Shown here piece after piece: positions 62,950-64,000 of a stretch of 64,000 nt of DNA (its first letter is position 1; each line of letters opens with the position of its first letter). The stretch comes from Gnetum montanum (lineage: Eukaryota > Plantae > Gnetophyta). The stretch spans positions 44,739 through 108,738 of the forward strand of contig MNCI01002465.1 in the NCBI GenBank assembly GCA_015680685.1, read 5' to 3'. The notes under the pieces were generated by a model. That model was not told the DNA's origin and made no database searches. It saw only the letters and a program-made list of their open reading frames with translations. The position numbers and the translations under genes are program-made.

Positions 62950-64000
62950 TGATGAGACGCAACCTGCATGTGTCGCGATTTCGTGTCTTCCCCTGCGATA
63001 TCGCGTACGTGATATCGCGGTCCGCCGCCATATCTATAAATAAGAGGCGACACTCCCTTCATTTCCCAATCCTGGCTAGAAGTAGCAAAGCTCTGGTAGA
63101 TTGATCACTCCAGAGTTAGAATTTTTCCCATGTGCCCGCAGTAGGAGTCCTAGAGTGAACGACTCTTTATTCGAGCAGCTTGTAACCTGAACCCAAGTTG
63201 TGTACAGCAATAAAGACGAATTTGATTGGATAAGCCTTGCAGTACATGGTTTTATTGTTGTTTATTTACTACTTTCCTAGTGCACACAAGTACGACTTGA
63301 TTACGAGCATTGGTTGCTTGGTAACCTAGTAGCATATTCCAGGATTCTGCGCTTGGTAATCCCAGTGGTAGTCCAATGTGTACGGCTAGTCAAGGAATCG
63401 GCTACTCATTGCTAGGCTAGAATGTGTGATAAGTACGACGTAGTTATGAGCACCCATGGGTGTGTACGGCTAGCTAAGGAATCGGCTGCTTATCACACTT
63501 AGGCTAAATAGGTGCCTCAGTACGACCACTTTGAGCACTTGGGTTATGTGTGGTGATCCCAGTAATGATTAGCGTTTGGTAAGCCACAGTTGCATAGTTC
63601 AGGGTGTGTCCGGTAAGTGGGAACGGATGCTGACGCTAGTTAATTTAGACTTAGGACATTAGTTAGAGTTAGTTAGTTTCTCAACCCTTTCCCCTGATAG
63701 CATAGAAGATAAACCGAAAAATACCAAAAAAAAATCACATACCTCAGACTTGCTTAACCATACACCGTGACACTTACAAGCAAGCGTGGGAAGACAACGA
63801 ACGATTAACCCCAAGTGTTTCTTGTGGTGTTAAGGCATTTAGTCTGCGGAGTTCGACCGGATCGCGCGTGCATGCTCGTATTCGTATGGTTGAGTGTAGG
63901 GGTACCTTGCCACTCATCATTGGCGCCGTCGCTGGGGACTAAGTGTTTTCATGCCAATTAAACATAAGGGATATCACTCACATCGTTGTGAGCTTAAAAC
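62950..64000 (+). mobile_element. Athila-like element D: 5' LTR (62950-63919) and PBS; continues beyond the window
   Basis: TGATGAG...CTCATCA termini, tRNA-Asp PBS TGGCGCCGTCGCTGGGGA at 63921-63938, and many intact CG dinucleotides suggesting a young copy. Confidence 0.92.
63161..63637 (+). other. Array of conserved structured-RNA modules in LTR D (R/U5 region)
   Basis: Four related rod-like modules start at about 63161, 63289, 63424 and 63513. Their stems covary across the LTR copies in the window. Confidence 0.7.

Noticed and set aside
63289-63637. LTR module as a hammerhead (retrozyme), hairpin, twister or pistol ribozyme
   Set aside because: No CUGANGA/GAAA core in a three-way junction. 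The GAC/GGAA loop resembles hairpin loop A, but the second loop is on the wrong helix and lacks GAAAC/GUAUAUUAC. Twister and pistol consensus sequences are not seen.
63849-63862. GGAGTTCGACC as a Pol III B box or captured tRNA/5S sequence in the LTR
   Set aside because: There is no matching A box or 5S/tRNA body, and similar motifs are common near the 3' end of Athila-type LTRs.

Overview
AT-rich land-plant nuclear DNA containing several assembly Ns. The left 12.3 kb holds one intact 9-coding-exon gene (4398-12316, +, 648 aa). It encodes a HESO1-like Pol-beta-family terminal nucleotidyltransferase most similar to the NTP6/NTP7 (At3g45750/At3g45760) clade, and its flanks and introns carry SINE, RTE and copia relics. 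From 14.6 kb to the end the window is a nested retroelement block. It contains (i) a pol-less Sirevirus-type copia element with an Athila-type solo LTR inside its 5' LTR; (ii) two head-to-head L1 LINEs, one split by an Athila-like element (B) that itself holds a younger pol-less relative (A); (iii) further Athila-like copies (C, D); (iv) several solo LTRs, including a 4-kb TGTAAC..TTACA one; and (v) a decayed copia element. The most notable signal is a rod-like RNA module with conserved internal loops and covarying stems, present in all eight Athila-like LTR copies. It is multiplied in LTR D, and a variant copy sequesters AAUAAA. Also notable are a 72-bp duplication of the last splice acceptor of the nucleotidyltransferase gene that creates a stop-containing alternative, and LTR-like palindrome+TATA cassettes upstream of the env-like ORFs. 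All calls were made by eye; boundaries marked approximate may be off by tens of bases.
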